From NCBI GenBank assembly GCA_964016885.1, contig OZ024740.1, positions 303,304,001-303,368,000 of the forward strand: a stretch of 64,000 nucleotides of DNA. Reading direction: 5' to 3'. A program made the position numbers and the translations under genes. The notes beneath the pieces are model-generated. The model saw only the letters and a list, made by a program, of their open reading frames with translations. It ran no database searches and had not been told where the DNA came from. Below are positions 50,635-64,000 of the stretch, one piece after another (position 1 is the first letter of the stretch; each line of letters opens with the position of its first letter). This DNA is from Eledone cirrhosa (lineage: Eukaryota).

Positions 50635-51014
50635 ACTGGTAAAGGAGCCACAATGTCACCAGGTTGCAGCTACCATATCAGGTAGTTTCTAGAAGCTGGG
50701 GTGTTTAGGTGAAGAACAACTTCATGCCAATCAGTCAGGCTGTCATTTTTTGTGGGGTCTTTATTCAAGGATGTCTATATATAGCAGCAGCTGGATCATT
50801 GCCCCAAATGTGGAAGCACTACCCTTTATGCATCACATTTGAGCTTTGTAGAGAGTTCATAATTGTTGGGTGCAAAAGTAGTTTCTAACCCTGAAAAAGA
50901 GGGCTAGTGTTTATGGACAGTTTTTGCTATGTTGAAGATGTGCATGAACTGCAGTTAAGATAATTAAATATGCACTGAATTGTATTAAAGTATTGGGTGA
51001 TTGTGTACAATATG

Positions 51015-51300
51015 TATTCTCGAGGCCCAAATAACAGAGGTGGTGATAAGCGGAGTGGTGGTTGTAAATCAGTAATTTTTCTAGGTTGTCTCCGTTGGTT
51101 TTTTAAAAACCAGAATTAGTCATTTAGTTTACATATGGGATTTCTTGTAATGTACTTTTTTTGTCAGGTATAATGTTTTTTAATGTATAAAGAAAATTAA
51201 TTGTTGCAGGAATGCTACCACTTAAAATAAAATTTCACCAGAGATAGATTTACAAAATTTAATGAGCAGGGTGGGAGAGATTATTCGAAACCTGAGAGAA
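51015..51300. mobile_element. MITE (same family)
   Basis: TATTCTCGAGGCCCAAATAA...ATTATTCGAAACCTGAGAGA. Confidence 0.6.
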
Positions 51301-51769
51301 CTATGTGAGTTGTATTAGAGTAGTATGAGATGATAGAATTTGTACCGTGATTTACAGAATAATGTCGCTATAATTTAGGTCACGTGAAGCTGTGCTATGG
51401 TTCTTATGATTTTGTTGTTCATTGTTTTTATATATAATACCCAGTACCATTTTTACCATCACTCTCGGCATTTTGCTTATTTCCATTTCAAATAGCCTGT
51501 AATTTGGTAGCTCTGCTTCATATTCCTTCTAGCTGATATTTTAGTTGGAATAGGTCTAGATGTTTATCAGAGTGTCTAGGTTTTCATTTCTGTCTTTGAT
51601 TGGAATATCTGATTACTTCACTTTTGACTCATTTCTCAGGCAGGACAGTCATGTCACTGTCACATCTTCAGTTTGGAGTATGCTTATACCACTGATTCTC
51701 TGTTATATACTCTCGGGTCTCGAATAATCGTCTATGTTGTAGATATTATGTCGGCCTCTTCACTTTTCA

Positions 51770-52384
51770 CCACCACACATACAAACAACAGGCCTACACA
51801 TGGGATCCAGTCTTTCAGGCCTTCTGGCCATCACCTATATGGACCAACTGGAACGTCGAGTGCTCAACACCTGCTGCTCCTGTAATAGAGAAAAACGAAT
51901 ACCCAACATCCACAGTGTATCATCTAAGGGATTGAAGGCACCACAGGCATAAGACCTCCTCTAACACCTGCTTCATGAAAGCAGGTAGGACTGGACATAC
52001 AATTAGCTCACTCTGGCCCTATCTAAAAAGCGATCCAGAGACAACAACAATCAATGCACACTGACTAACTACCCTATCCGCGACAAGTATGTGCCACAGA
52101 CACATAGGGTATACGGGATTGAATGCAACAAATGTAAGGAGTTCTACGTTGATAGTATGACTCAACCACTCCACACATGCATTAAAGAACACCTTAACAC
52201 ACACGCATCCTCATTCAAAAAACACATTGACAAATGCAGAAACGCCAAAAAATATAACAGTCAATATTGAAGCCAGAGAAATGTGGGCAATTTAAGAATA
52301 AAAGAAGCCTTGCTTATACCTAGACTCAACCCACAAAACAATAACAGAATGGAACTCAGCACACAATACTTGACATAAAAGGAT

Positions 52385-52450
<66 letters not shown>

Positions 52451-52600
52451 ATTGAGAGTTCCTTATACTCTGACGAATAGAATTTTATGTCCCAAAAAAC
52501 AAAGATTACCAGGTAACTAATTTTTTGTTGCCTTCATCTTACCGTCCATTTTGCATTGTCTTAGCCTTCTTACATATATCACTTTCCACATTATATATAT
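51770..52600 (+). mobile_element. Penelope-like element 3' fragment (RT remnant, GIY-YIG endonuclease and LTR remnant)
   Basis: SGLLAITYMDQLERRVL; VYGIECNKCKEFYVDSMTQPLHTCIKEH...LRIKEALLIPRLNPQNN; followed by (CT)n and CTGACGA. Confidence 0.82.
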
Positions 52601-53175
52601 ATACAATGATTCAAGCAAACTACAACATTCTATTTGGTGACATATTGTTACTGTGTTTTATGTTCTGAGTTCAAATCCTGCTGAGGTTAGCTTTGCTTTT
52701 CATCCTTACGGTGTTGATAAATAAAGTACCAGTAATGCACAAGGGTTGATTTAATCGACTTTCCCCTACACAAAAATTGCTGGCCTTGTGCCTATAGTAG
52801 AAACAATTATTATTATTATACTGATATAACATACAATCTAGTGTGCTTTCTACTTGAAAGCTTTCACTCACCAACACTGTTTCCTATTGGCTTAGACAAC
52901 ATTCTAAACACTTTATCCTGTGTTTCTTCCCGAGATTTATATCCTCATGGAAACTCATCCCTGCTCATGTCTCCTTAATACCCATTCATACTCCAGCTTC
53001 TATTCCACAACAATTCACAGAATATAACTACATTAACTTAATCTAGTTATCACTATCCTCCAGTCTTAGAGAGCCTGAAAAGTCTATAGGCTCTGTCCCC
53101 ATCTGTAACTTAATCAGAGAAAAAAATGTTGGTTTTAATTCCCTATATTAACAACTTACTTCTGTTTACAGATCT

Positions 53176-53398
53176 TTAACCCTTTCATGACTGCATTTCT
53201 AATTAAATATATTCTCTTTTAATTAATTAATGAAGAATTTTGAGGGATTTACTAAAATTATTAATTATTTCATTACAAAGATAGTAACTTAATGTAAGGT
53301 TCTTATATAAAATTATGGTGGAAGATTTTAATTTAAATGGGTGGCTTTATTTCATAGAACCAGAACTGGTTTTGGCCAGGTTGGTAACTAAAGGGTTG
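53176..53398. mobile_element. piggyBac-like MITE
   Basis: TTAACCCTTTCATGAC...AAAGGGTTGA. Confidence 0.65.
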
Positions 53399-53589
53399 AT
53401 ATTGAAAGTTTCAAGAAAATAAAGTATTAAAGGATTCATTAACATCATCATCATCATCATCAATAGCAGTAGCAGCATTGTCATCATTGTGTTGTCATTG
53501 TCATCACTTTTCTAACTAGTTAAGTGGTTATGGATTGGCAGAATCATTGGAGCATTGGACAAAATATTACTTTTGTCATATTTCTTCCT

Positions 53590-53815
53590 TGGAAGAATTG
53601 CTGGACAGATTTTACAGGCAAAACCAACTGGCAGGAGACCCAGGGGTAGACCCCGGGCAAGATGGTTGGATAACATCCATGGGCTTGGCTGGTCTTATTT
53701 GGGGGACCCAGCTGGATCAGTTGGAGACGGTTGCTTCTGACAGGACTCGCTGGAAGGAGTGTTTGAGGGCTCTGTACACATGACCCTTTTCAGAATAAGT
53801 GGATGAAGAAGAAAA
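53590..53815 (+). mobile_element. RTE (second family) 3' fragment
   Basis: KPTGRRPRGRPRARWLDNI. Confidence 0.85.
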
Positions 53816-54294
53816 GAATCTTTCTTCCTGCTCTTTATGTTATGAGTTCAAATTCCATCAAGGTCAACTACTTTGCCTTTCTTCCTTTCAGGATTCAACC
53901 CAAGTACAGGGGTTGATTTTCTGGCCTAGTGCCTAAAATAGAAACTATTATTCTAACTAGTGTGTAAGAGATTCAATAAGACAGGTATGCAGTTAGATCA
54001 CATTATATTGAGGTCAAAGCCTGCTGAGACAACTTTGCCTTGCAATCCTCCAGATTTGATCAAATAAATTCCATTCAGTCGTCATTGATTCACTGCTGAA
54101 TGGGGGCCTTTTATACTATTGCCAACTTATCTATGCTGGTTGTAGACCTACCTGTCCACACTGGTCAACAGCTGATCAAACTGGCTGCTCCCATGGTCAG
54201 ATGATTAACCCTGACCATCAGCAGAGGCAGAATTTAAACTTAGAATGCAAAAAGCTGAAATATATACTAAAGGGCATCTCAGTCAACAATCTAA

Positions 54295-54485
54295 TAATTG
54301 TTTCTACTCTTGGCACAAGGCCAGCAATTATCCCAGTGCACTACTGGTTCTTTATTTTATCGACCCCGTAAGGATGAAAGGAAAAGTTAACCTTGGCAGG
54401 ATTTAAACTCAGACCATAAAGGGCCATAACTCTTTGCTGCAAAGCATAGCATCCGACCCTCTACCGATACTGCCAATCCACCGTC
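54295..54485 (-). mobile_element. SINE family A
   Basis: Reverse-complement homology. Confidence 0.88.
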
Positions 54486-55129
54486 AACAATCTAATAATA
54501 CCAAAAATCCACTGCACTTGACTGGTTCTTCGTTTATTGACCTTGAAAAGATAAAAGGCAAATTTAACTTTGGCAATTCAATGCTCAAACAAACAGATGA
54601 CTGCTATTTCATGTATTAGTTGCAGTTTGATTAACTCTAGCTCTCTCTCTTTCCAACAAACATGTAGACATTGTTGCTGTTATTCCTTTATTTAGCTCTT
54701 ATTTCTTACAGGTTAGACTGGTTTTATTGATTTGATTAGTTTTGTATTGTTCATCTACAAAGAAATATAACATGAGAATCAGAGCATGGATAGCATACTA
54801 AATGCCAAAAATGAACTATGTTAGTCTAGTTTAGTGTGGTTATTTAAAACAGGTAGATTTATACAACTTGTTATAGGTGTTTAAAAACTATGCTAACTAT
54901 ATGATAGCAAATCAGCTGGCATTGACATAGAAAAAGATAGTAAAGTAACAGAGTACCAGATTAAAAACCTTGCATTATTTAGCTTTGTCACATCAAAGCA
55001 GCAGATAAGAGAGAAAGATCAAATAAGTATTTCTAAAAACCTTGCAATATTTAGATATATGGGAAGCAAACAACAGAAACAGACGAAATGATAGGCCTTG
55101 CAATATTTAATCACATCAGGGCAATTGAC

Positions 55130-55585
55130 TCGCAAAAAGCCAAACTCGCTATCTTCAATTTGGTACTCTTGCCAACCCTTACCTATGGTCATGAAAGAAT
55201 ATAATCTCAGATACAAGTGGCCGAAATGGGATTCCTCCGAAGGGTCTTTGGAATAACGTTATTCGATAGTGTGTAGCTCGGAGATCAGAGAGTCACTCCA
55301 GGTAGAGCCGCTACTTCTCTGAATTGAGAGATCACAGATATGAGCATGTGGTTAGAATGTCTCTGGAAAGAATTGCTGGACAGATTTTATGGGCAAAACC
55401 AACTAGCAGGAGACCCAGGTGTAGAACTCAAGCAAGATGGTTGGACAACATTCATGAACTTGGCTGGTCCTGCTTAGGTGTCCAGCCAGATCAGTTGGAA
55501 ATGGTTGCTTCTAATAGGATACTGTGAAAGGAATGTTTGAGGACTCTGCCCCAATGACCCTCTTAGGAATAAGTGGGCAAAGGGT
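55130..55585 (+). mobile_element. RTE (second family) ORF2 C-terminal fragment
   Basis: KAKLAIFNLVLLPTLTYGHE...QVAEMGFLRRVFG...HVVRMSLERIAGQILWAKP. Confidence 0.85.
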
Positions 55586-56149
55586 TGTGGATGACAAAAA
55601 TGGACAAAATATACTAGATGAAGTAATTGACTCTTGGTATTTATTTATTTAATTGATGAACTAAAGGCATTGGAATATTTAGTCATATCAAAGCATTGGA
55701 TGACAAAAATTAAATTAATTAGTTTTGCCCTTCCACATTCTAAGTTCAAATATTACCAGTGTCAGCTTTACCTTTTTATCTAATATCAATTAAATAAATA
55801 CCAGTCATGTAATAGGTTGTGCAATTCTCTTTATTCTGAAATTTTAATAAGCTCTTAGGAGTTGTATTTACCTTTCATCTTTCTAATTAAAATGATACTA
55901 TTGGAGTCATTTTTGTTTTCCATTTATGTAAGATTGATAATGTAAGTAGCTGTCATATTATGAGGTAAATCTAATTGATTATGCTCCTTTCCTAGAAATG
56001 TTTTCCTCTTTTTTCGTGTAAGAAATCATTATTCATGAAAAGGAAATAAATGCACTTCTCAACTATGATGGTTCTGTAAGCAATACCCCATGGGAAAAGT
56101 CTCCATATTTGCAGCCTGCGTTGTATCTAACTTCACACTGCACACACTC

Positions 56150-56530
56150 ATCACAGTTTTACATCCATTCTTCCATGCTAGCATGGGTTAGACGGGTTGT
56201 CCTGTTGTGGGCAGTGTCCGGTCAGCTGACCTTGTCTTGCTCATACGGGAACAGATTCTGGCTTGATTTCTACAGCTGGATGCCCTTCCTAACACCAACC
56301 TCATTTACGGTGAGTGCTGGGTGCTTTTTTGCTATGGCACCTCCACGACCACTTTACAGTGGAATGATAGGGACCCCAGTCCTATCATCTCATTTCTACA
56401 GCAGAGTAAACTGGAGCAATGTGAAATAAAGTGTCTTGCTCAAGGAAACAACACATAACCCGGTCCGAGAATTGAACTCACAACCTTTCAATTGCAAGCC
56501 CAATACTCTAACCACTAAGCCATGCACCTA
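56150..56530 (-). mobile_element. SINE family B, full length
   Basis: Homologous to 40195-40505. Confidence 0.85.
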
Positions 56531-56789
56531 GGTAAATAAATCTCCAGAACAATCATTTTCCACTCCATTAGGCTCACTGACATGTACATATATTCACCAT
56601 GTACAAAGCACCTTTGTTTGCTTCAAACCAACAAGATTATTGGCCCTCATAATATTACAACTATTACCCTCAAATAATATTCTACTTATCTAACTATTAT
56701 CCTTGCCAAATTCTTCATTCTTTCTACCTCTGCAGGGTTATATTAGGACATTTAGATACACTTAAGTGCCTCAATCCCAATAAAGGCCA

Positions 56790-57950
56790 TCCTTCAGATT
56801 CTGCCAAATATCATTCTATTGCAATCACATTTAATATTGCAAAGGTAGTGGAGACGGCTATTAAAAACTTTCTCCAAAATCTTTAATCTCTCACCCTCAT
56901 GAATGACCACCAGTATGGCTTCCATAAATCTAGATCATTGGAGAGACCTACTCTCTCATGTCACTTCCCTGTAGACTCTCATTTTCAAGAAACTTGGTGA
57001 AACCTTTTGACCATATCTGGTACATGGGTCTCTTGTCAAAACTACCTACATATGGTCTCCACCCACCTCTCATCTTTTAGGTTGATGGCTTTGTCAGATC
57101 ACACCATCACAGTAGATGGTGCTTGATCACATCAGTTTGTGCTGATGGAACTCTGTCTCACTCTCACGCTATTAATTCTAGTCTGCCTCAGGGTTTCGTT
57201 TTGCTCCTCAACATTTTTCTCATACATCAACAACCTCCTACAATACTTAGTCCTACATAGATAATACTGCTCTTTATTTCTCTCTAACATTCCTTGCTCA
57301 ATCATCCTCCATGTGCAACTTAGATACTTCAGGCCAAACCTTTACTGGCTCTCTAACCAACGACCTAGAAGACACCCCTCTATAGTCTCATGCCAATTTT
57401 TTTCTCCTTCAACAATACAAAAGTCAGTGCACACATCAAGAAAATATTGTCATACACATCTTCCTCTTGAACATGATCACAAATATTTACAACCTTGAAG
57501 TTCACTACTAATGCTAAGTTTTACTATCTCTGAGGATCTCTCCTGGCAAAAACAAATCCCAAACAGCCAAAACTACATCTCAAAGAGCAAGAATATACTT
57601 CTCCCAACAACTCTCTACAAATCTCAGTGAAGTATTGCTCTCACATCTGAGTCAGTGCTGTTGCTATACAACCCAACATCCATAGAAATGCCACTTAACA
57701 GACTGCTTTGCATCAAGAGAAATTCTCACAAACATGCTGCTTTTTTTTTTCTACCACAACTACAGTTGCCTTTGCTCCTTGGAGCTAACTGGTCTCTCAT
57801 TACATTCTCTCAGACACTGCCAGTTTACTTGTCTCTCCTTTCCTCACCCATATTGTGTCCTCCCTAACCCCATGCTCCACACAAGTCACTAACACTCAGT
57901 TCTTCCTCCCCAAAATGCCATCCCTCTGGGATCCCCTGCCTGCATGTGTT
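56790..57950 (+). mobile_element. Highly degenerate CR1/L2/Jockey-group LINE RT fragment
   Basis: Remnant motifs DHQYGFHKSRS, LPQG.V and YINNL; many frameshifts. Confidence 0.55.
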
Positions 57951-58857
57951 TTTTTTTTCTGTTTATGTCTATTTGTTTATATAAAATATTAACCACATCA
58001 ATGATCTCAGGGCCTGAAAATGCCATTGACACAAACCAAACGAATATTTTTTTTTTTTTTCCTGGCTTTATTGCTTTCCACCACACATCCACTTTAACTC
58101 ACATAACAGCTAATGTTATGTAACTATCACTAACTACATGTGTCTGCTTTGCATGGATATCTTGTGGTGTTGTTTATCTCCATGTCAGCACTGGTTGTGC
58201 ATATTGTTAATCAGTTAAAGGTTTACTTTAGTTTGCTGCAAATTTTCGCAAAGATCTATCAACTTGTAAAGATACTATAAACATTTGAATTAAAAAATTT
58301 GTTTTTAGATATTTTCTGCTAAATCGTTAGAAGATAATATGGTAACTTAGAATTGATTTCATCAGATATCCTCTATGCACAGAAATCTTTTTCCCGTTTC
58401 AGTTTCACCTAACACATCCTTCTGCTTTCATATATCAATATAGACTTATAGTAATAACAACAGTGTTTCCAATTCAAATTAAAATCTTCCAACATAAGTT
58501 TATATAAGAACCTTACATTAAGTTACTATCTTAGTAATGAAATAATTAATAATTTTAGTAAATCCCTCAAAATTCTTCATTAATTAATTGAAACAGAGTG
58601 TATTTCATTAGAAATGTAGTCATGAAAGAGATCTAAGGGTATTATAAGTGATACTGAGAGATTTATTTTGTCCCTAGACCTGCTAAACATAACAACCAAA
58701 CTCCCTGAAATATTACCCTGAACTATGATGTCTAATTCTATAATATCGGATAATTTCACCTATCAACACCTACCACACCTCCAGCATTTCATGCACCATG
58801 CAACATGTATTCACATAATATAACCATGCTAATGCAGCTGCATACATCTGTAATATA

Positions 58858-59045
58858 ATAATAGTTTCTACTTTTTGGCACAAGGCCAGCAATTACCCAG
58901 TGCATTACTGGCACTTTATTTTATCAGCCCTGTAAGGATGAAAGGCAAAGTTAACCTCAGCGGGATTTGAACTCAGACTGTAAAGGGCTACTTTATGCTA
59001 CAAAGCATGGCGTCCGACCCTCTACCGATACTGCCAATCCACTGC
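58858..59045 (-). mobile_element. SINE family A
   Basis: Reverse-complement homology. Confidence 0.88.
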
Positions 59046-59634
59046 ACTGTAATATAATAATGATTACTGATTTAGGCACAAAGCCAACAATTTGGGTGGG
59101 GGTAGGGGAAAGTCGATCAAGCCCAGTGTGTTACTGGTGCTTATTCTTATAGTAATACCATCTCCAATATAAGTAGTAGTAGTAGTAATTTTCATACATA
59201 ATGATTTTAAATTTAGACACAATACCATAGATTTGAGGGGAGGAAAGTCGATTATTCAACCCCCAGTACTTTACTGGTACTTTATTTTATTGACCACGGA
59301 AGGATGAAATGCAAAGTTGACCTCGGTGAGCCTTGACCTCAGAATGAAAAGAGCCAAAACAAATACTGCAATAGTATTTTATCTGATGCCCTAGTAACAC
59401 TCAAGGGGGTGGAGGTCAACTTTGCCTTTCATTCTTTCGGGGTTGATAATAAAAAGTACCAGTTTAGTACTGGGCTTCATTCTTCCTCTATATATCTTTC
59501 TCCACTTCCTTTCTCTCAGTATTTATCCTTCTCTGGAAGAAATCTACTCTATTCAGATCTGGAGAGATGGGCTCCGTCAGGTTTATAAATGCCCTAGAAA
59601 CGCTGTATGTCAATATGACACTCCTATGACTCAC

Positions 59635-61280
59635 AGTGTTGTAGTAATAACAACAATGTTGTAGTAATAACAAGTGTTGTAGTAATAACAACAACAGTTG
59701 TAATAATAACAACAGTGTTGTAGTAATAACAACAACAGTTGTAGTAATAACAACAGTGTTGTAGTAATAACAACAATGTTGTAGTAATAACAAGTGTTGT
59801 AGTAATAACAACAACAGTTGTAATAATAACAACAGTGTTGTAGTAATAACAACAACAGTTGTAATAATAACAACAGTGTTGTAGTAATAACAACAACAGT
59901 TGTAGTAATAACAACAGTGTTGTAGTAATAACAAGTGTTGTAGTAATAACAACAATGTTGTAGTAATAACAACAGTGCTGTAGTAATAACAACAATGTTG
60001 TAGTAATAACAAGTGTTGTAGTAATAACAAGTGCTGTAGTAATAACAACAATGTTGTAGTAATAACAACAGTGCTGTAGTAATAACAACAGTGTTGTAGT
60101 AATAACAACAATGTTGTAGTAATAACAGCAGTGTTGTAGTAATAAGTGCTGTAATAACAGCAGTGTTGTAGTAATAAGTGCTGTAATAACAACAGTGTTG
60201 TAGTAATAAAAACAGTGTTGTAGTAATAAAAACAGTGTTGTAGTAATAACAACAATGTTGTAGTAATAAGTGTTGTAGCAATAACAACAATGTTGTAATA
60301 ATAACAACAATGTTGTAGTAACAACAATGTTGTAGAAATAACAAAGGTGTTGTAGTAATAACAAGTGTTGTAGTAATAACAACAGTGTTGTAGTATTAAC
60401 AACAGTGTTGTAGTAATAACAACAGTGTTGTAGTAATAACAACAATGTTGTAGTAATAACAAGTGTTGTAGTAATAACAAGTGCTGTAGTAATAACAACA
60501 ATGTTGTAGTAATAACAACAGTGCTGTAGTAATAACAACAGTGTTGTAGTAATAACAACAATGTTGTAGTAATAACAGCAGTGTTGTAGTAATAAGTGCT
60601 GTAATAACAACAGTGTTGTAGTAATAAAAACAGTGTTGTAGTAATAACAACAATGTTGTAGTAATAAGTGTTGTAGTAATAACAACAATGTTGTAGTAAT
60701 AAGTGTTGTAGCAATAACAACAATGTTGTAATAATAACAACAATGTTGTAGTAACAACAATGTTGTAGAAATAACAAAGGTGTTGTAGTAATAACAAGTG
60801 TTGTAGTAATAACAACAGTGTTGTAGTATTAACAACAGTGTTGTAGTAATAACAACAGTGTTGTAGTAATAACAACAGTGTTGTAGTAATAACAACAGTG
60901 TTGTAGTATTAACAACAGTGTTGTAGTATTAACAACAGTGTTGTAGTATTAACAACGGTGTTGTAGTATTAACAACAGTGTTGTAGTATTAACAACGGTG
61001 TTGTAGTAATAACAATGGTGTTGTAGTAATAACAGTGTTGTAGTAATAACAACAGTGTTGTAGTAATAACAACAGTGTTGTAGTAATAACAACAGTGTTG
61101 TAGTAATAACAGTGTTGTAGTAATAACAACGGTGTTTTAATAACAATGGTGTTGTAGTAATAACAACAATGTAGTAATAACAGTGTTGTAGTAACAACAA
61201 CGGTGTTGTAATAACAACGGAGTTGTAGTAACAACGGAGTTGTAATAATAACAACAGTGTAGTAACAACAGCAGTGTTAT
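59635..61280. repeat. Degenerate ~17-23-bp satellite (GTGTTGTAGTAATAACAACA)n
   Basis: Tandem array; it explains the low-complexity ORFs at 59488-61254. Confidence 0.97.
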
Positions 61281-61284
61281 ATTA

Positions 61285-61475
61285 TAATAATTGTTTCTAC
61301 TTTTGGCACAAGGCCAGCAATTACCCAGTGTATTACTGGTACTTTATTTTATCGACCCCGTAAAGATGAAAGGCAAAGTTAACCTCGGCAGGATTTGAAC
61401 TCAGACCGTAAAGGGATGTAACTATGCTCGAAAGATGGTGTCCGACCCTCTACCAATACTGCCAATCCACTGCCC
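61285..61475 (-). mobile_element. SINE family A
   Basis: Reverse-complement homology. Confidence 0.88.
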
Positions 61476-61574
61476 TATTGTTATATTATAATAATAATAA
61501 TAATAATGATGAAATTATTGTGTACAGTGCACAGGTGCACTACAACACATCAAAGGTGCATGTTTAGTACATAG

Positions 61575-61766
61575 AATAATTGTTTCTACTTTTGGCACAA
61601 GACCAGCAATTATCCCAGTGCATTACTGGTACTTTATTTTATCGACCCCGTAAGTATGAAAGGCAAAGTTAACCTCGGCGGGATTTGAACTCAGAATGGC
61701 AAGGGCCGTAACTATTGTGTCAAAGCATGGTGTCCGATCCTCTACTGATACTGCCAATCCACCGCC
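61575..61766 (-). mobile_element. SINE family A
   Basis: Reverse-complement homology; inserted in the CR1 3' UTR. Confidence 0.88.
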
Positions 61767-61769
61767 ATA

Positions 61770-62760
61770 GAATAATGTACAAATGTCAGGAAAATGAGCA
61801 AAGTACAAGTCATGAAATACATGTGTGCGTGTGTATGGAGGGGGGACATCAGGTGTAGTGTTGGCGAATCTCAGGAAGCATGGAGGTTATAAAGGATGCA
61901 GTGTCTCGACAGCTAACAACTGATGCGGGTAGTTTGTTCTATGCTTCAGCAACTCTGAGCGTGAAAAAAATGTTTCCGAAAGTCATGGGAGCTGTGCTGT
62001 TTTCTGACTTTGTAGGCATGCCCACGTGTGTTAGACACATAGAAATCAAAAAGGTGCTCAGGGTTGTTGTTGGCAAGATGGTTAATAATTTTGTGCGTGT
62101 TTACCAAGTCAGTTGCCAGACGTCAGAGCTTCAATGTATCCATGCCCAGGGAAGCATGGCGTTCAGAGTATGGTAGATGCATGATGGAGGGTATTCGCTC
62201 GGTTACATGTCTCTGAACAGTTTCCAGGAGGTCAATGTTCTGAGCAAGATAGGGGTTCCAGGCTGGTGATGCAAATTCTAAGTGTGGCCGCACCATAGCT
62301 ATATACAGCTTTAAATAGATAGCTGGAGAGTGTCTGACAAAGGTCTTGCTGGGTGTTGCTAAGACACCCTCGGCCTTCTTGACAATTTTAGAAACGTGCT
62401 TCGTCTATTGCAAATCGCTGCTGACAGTAATGCCCAGGTCACGTTCACAAGAAGACTTCTTGATATTAGTATTGTGGAGGGAGTATGTGGATGCTGGGTT
62501 TTTACTCCCAAAATGCATGGTGGTACACTTGTCCACAGTCAACTTGAGTTAGCAGCCCATGATCCATTGTTGCATTGCAGGCAAGATCTATAGTGTTCAG
62601 GATCTGTCCTTTTTATCTCAAGGTACAGCTTGATGTCATCTGCATATTCCAGTACTGTGGCATTCTTTAAGTTGGCATCTATGTCATTAATATATGCCAC
62701 AACAAAAAGGGGGACAAGAACAGATCCCTGTGGTACTCCAGATGACATCTCATACGGTAG
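61770..62760 (-). mobile_element. CR1-clade LINE 3' fragment (RT motifs to 3' UTR)
   Basis: SGVPQGSVLVPLF..YINDI...YADDIKLY; RDLGI; LYIAMVRPHLEFASPAWNP. Confidence 0.88.
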
Positions 62761-63399
62761 TGATAACAACAGTGTTTTAGTAACAACAACAGTGTAGTAG
62801 TAACAACACTTACAATAATGGTTTCTGATTTAGGCACAATCCCAACAAATATGTGGAGAGAGAAAAGTTGATTAAATCGACCTCAGTACTTAACTGGTAC
62901 TTTATTTTATCAACCCTGTAATCTAACCCGGCAGTATTTAAACTCAGAACATAAGGGCTATAACTACTGCCAATCCACTGCCCTATAACAACAGTGTTAC
63001 AATAATTAAAGCAATGTTATAAGAGTAGTATTTATGAATGATATAGGACATTACAAGCTGAAATTTGAAATAGAAAAGAACAATAGGTCCTACTGCTGGA
63101 ATTAAAACCATGTATCAATCACTTGCTAGGTGACTGCTTAACTAATTACATATCAAAGTATTTGCTGTTCCATATTCTCAAATTAGGTCCTACAAATCAT
63201 TCCTGCTATGTTAACAGTTAACATAGCAGGAATAATTTGAGAAGATGAGATGGTATGTACTCTGTAATGTAATCAGAAATGTAGATCCCTGGAAAAAGAT
63301 TAAACAATATGTGGTTTGAATCTTATCTGTGTGTCTGAAATTGGTATTTATTTGTACTGCTGTTTCATATTATTTACATTAAGATCTCAGTAGTTAATT

Positions 63400-63575
63400 A
63401 ATGGTTTCCAATTTAGGGACAAGGTTAACGATTATAATGACACAAGTATTAGATTGGTACTTTATTTTATCAACCCTGGAAGGTAATGTTGGCCATGGTG
63501 AGGCTTGGACTCTGAACATAAGGAACTGGAACAAATACCACAAAGCATTTTATCTGTGGCTCTACTAATTCTCCA
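63400..63575 (-). mobile_element. SINE family A, diverged copy leading into a satellite
   Basis: GGTACTTTATTTTATCAACCCTGGAAGG... and a degenerate 5' head. Confidence 0.6.
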
Positions 63576-64000
63576 ATCCAACACTCTTCTGCCAATCCAA
63601 TACTCTTATTCCAATCCAACACTCTTCTGCCAATCCAACACTCTTCTGCCAATCCAATACTCTTATTCCAATCCAACACTCTTCTGCCAATCCAACACTC
63701 TTCTGCCAATCCAACACTCTTCTACCAATCCAACGCTCTTCTGCCAATCCAACGCTCTTCTGCCAATCCAATGCTCTTCTGCCAATCCAACGCTCTTCTG
63801 CCAATCCAACGCTCTTCTGCCAATCCAACGCTCTTCTGCCAATCCAACGCTCTTCTGCCAATCCAACGCTCTTCTGCCAATCCAATGCTCTTCTGCCAAT
63901 CCAACGCTCTTCTGCTAATCCAACACTCTTCTGCCAATCCAACGCTCTTCTGCCAATCCAACGCTCTTCTGCCAATCCAACGCTCTTCTGCCAATCCAAC
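63571..64000. repeat. 19-bp satellite (TCCAACGCTCTTCTGCCAA)n, running off the window end
   Basis: 19-aa periodicity (3 x 19 nt) in the ORF track. Confidence 0.97.

Noticed and set aside
59488-61254. 429-aa and 423-aa Cys/Tyr/Leu-rich ORFs
   Set aside because: Artefacts of the low-complexity satellite.
63470-63999. Repetitive AEERWIGRRALDW ORFs
   Set aside because: Translation of the 19-bp satellite.

Overview
AT-rich, repeat-dense eukaryotic (animal) intergenic or intronic DNA. The dominant tRNA-derived SINEs and RTE tails resemble repeats I associate with octopod cephalopods; this is an inference, not a database result. I found no intact host gene. The long ORFs in the track (42.5-46.8 kb, 59.5-61.3 kb, 63.5-64 kb) are translations of satellites. 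The window holds about 20 copies of a Nin-domain-like tRNA SINE, a second SINE sharing its tail with RTE LINEs, and fragments of RTE, R4/Dong-like, CRE-like, CR1/L2, Tx1/L1 and Penelope retroelements. It also holds several MITE families and three satellite arrays. The most interesting locus is a 3.66-kb insertion (9340-12996) that cleanly interrupts an older LINE fragment. It has Helentron/HINE-like rolling-circle termini: a perfect 13-bp subterminal inverted repeat, a terminal 10-bp-stem hairpin and no clear TSD. It has no Rep/helicase. Instead it carries a three-exon SGNH/GDSL esterase pseudogene with 55- and 57-nt introns, an orphan 119-aa ORF, and a GC-rich degenerate ORF enclosed by an inverted copy of the element's own left end. 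Also notable are several type I hammerhead-ribozyme motifs (one with an extended stem II inside a 260-bp palindrome), a structurally complete non-autonomous LTR element (tRNA-Trp-like PBS, TG...AA ends), and a 19-bp satellite that appears to grow out of a SINE 5' end.
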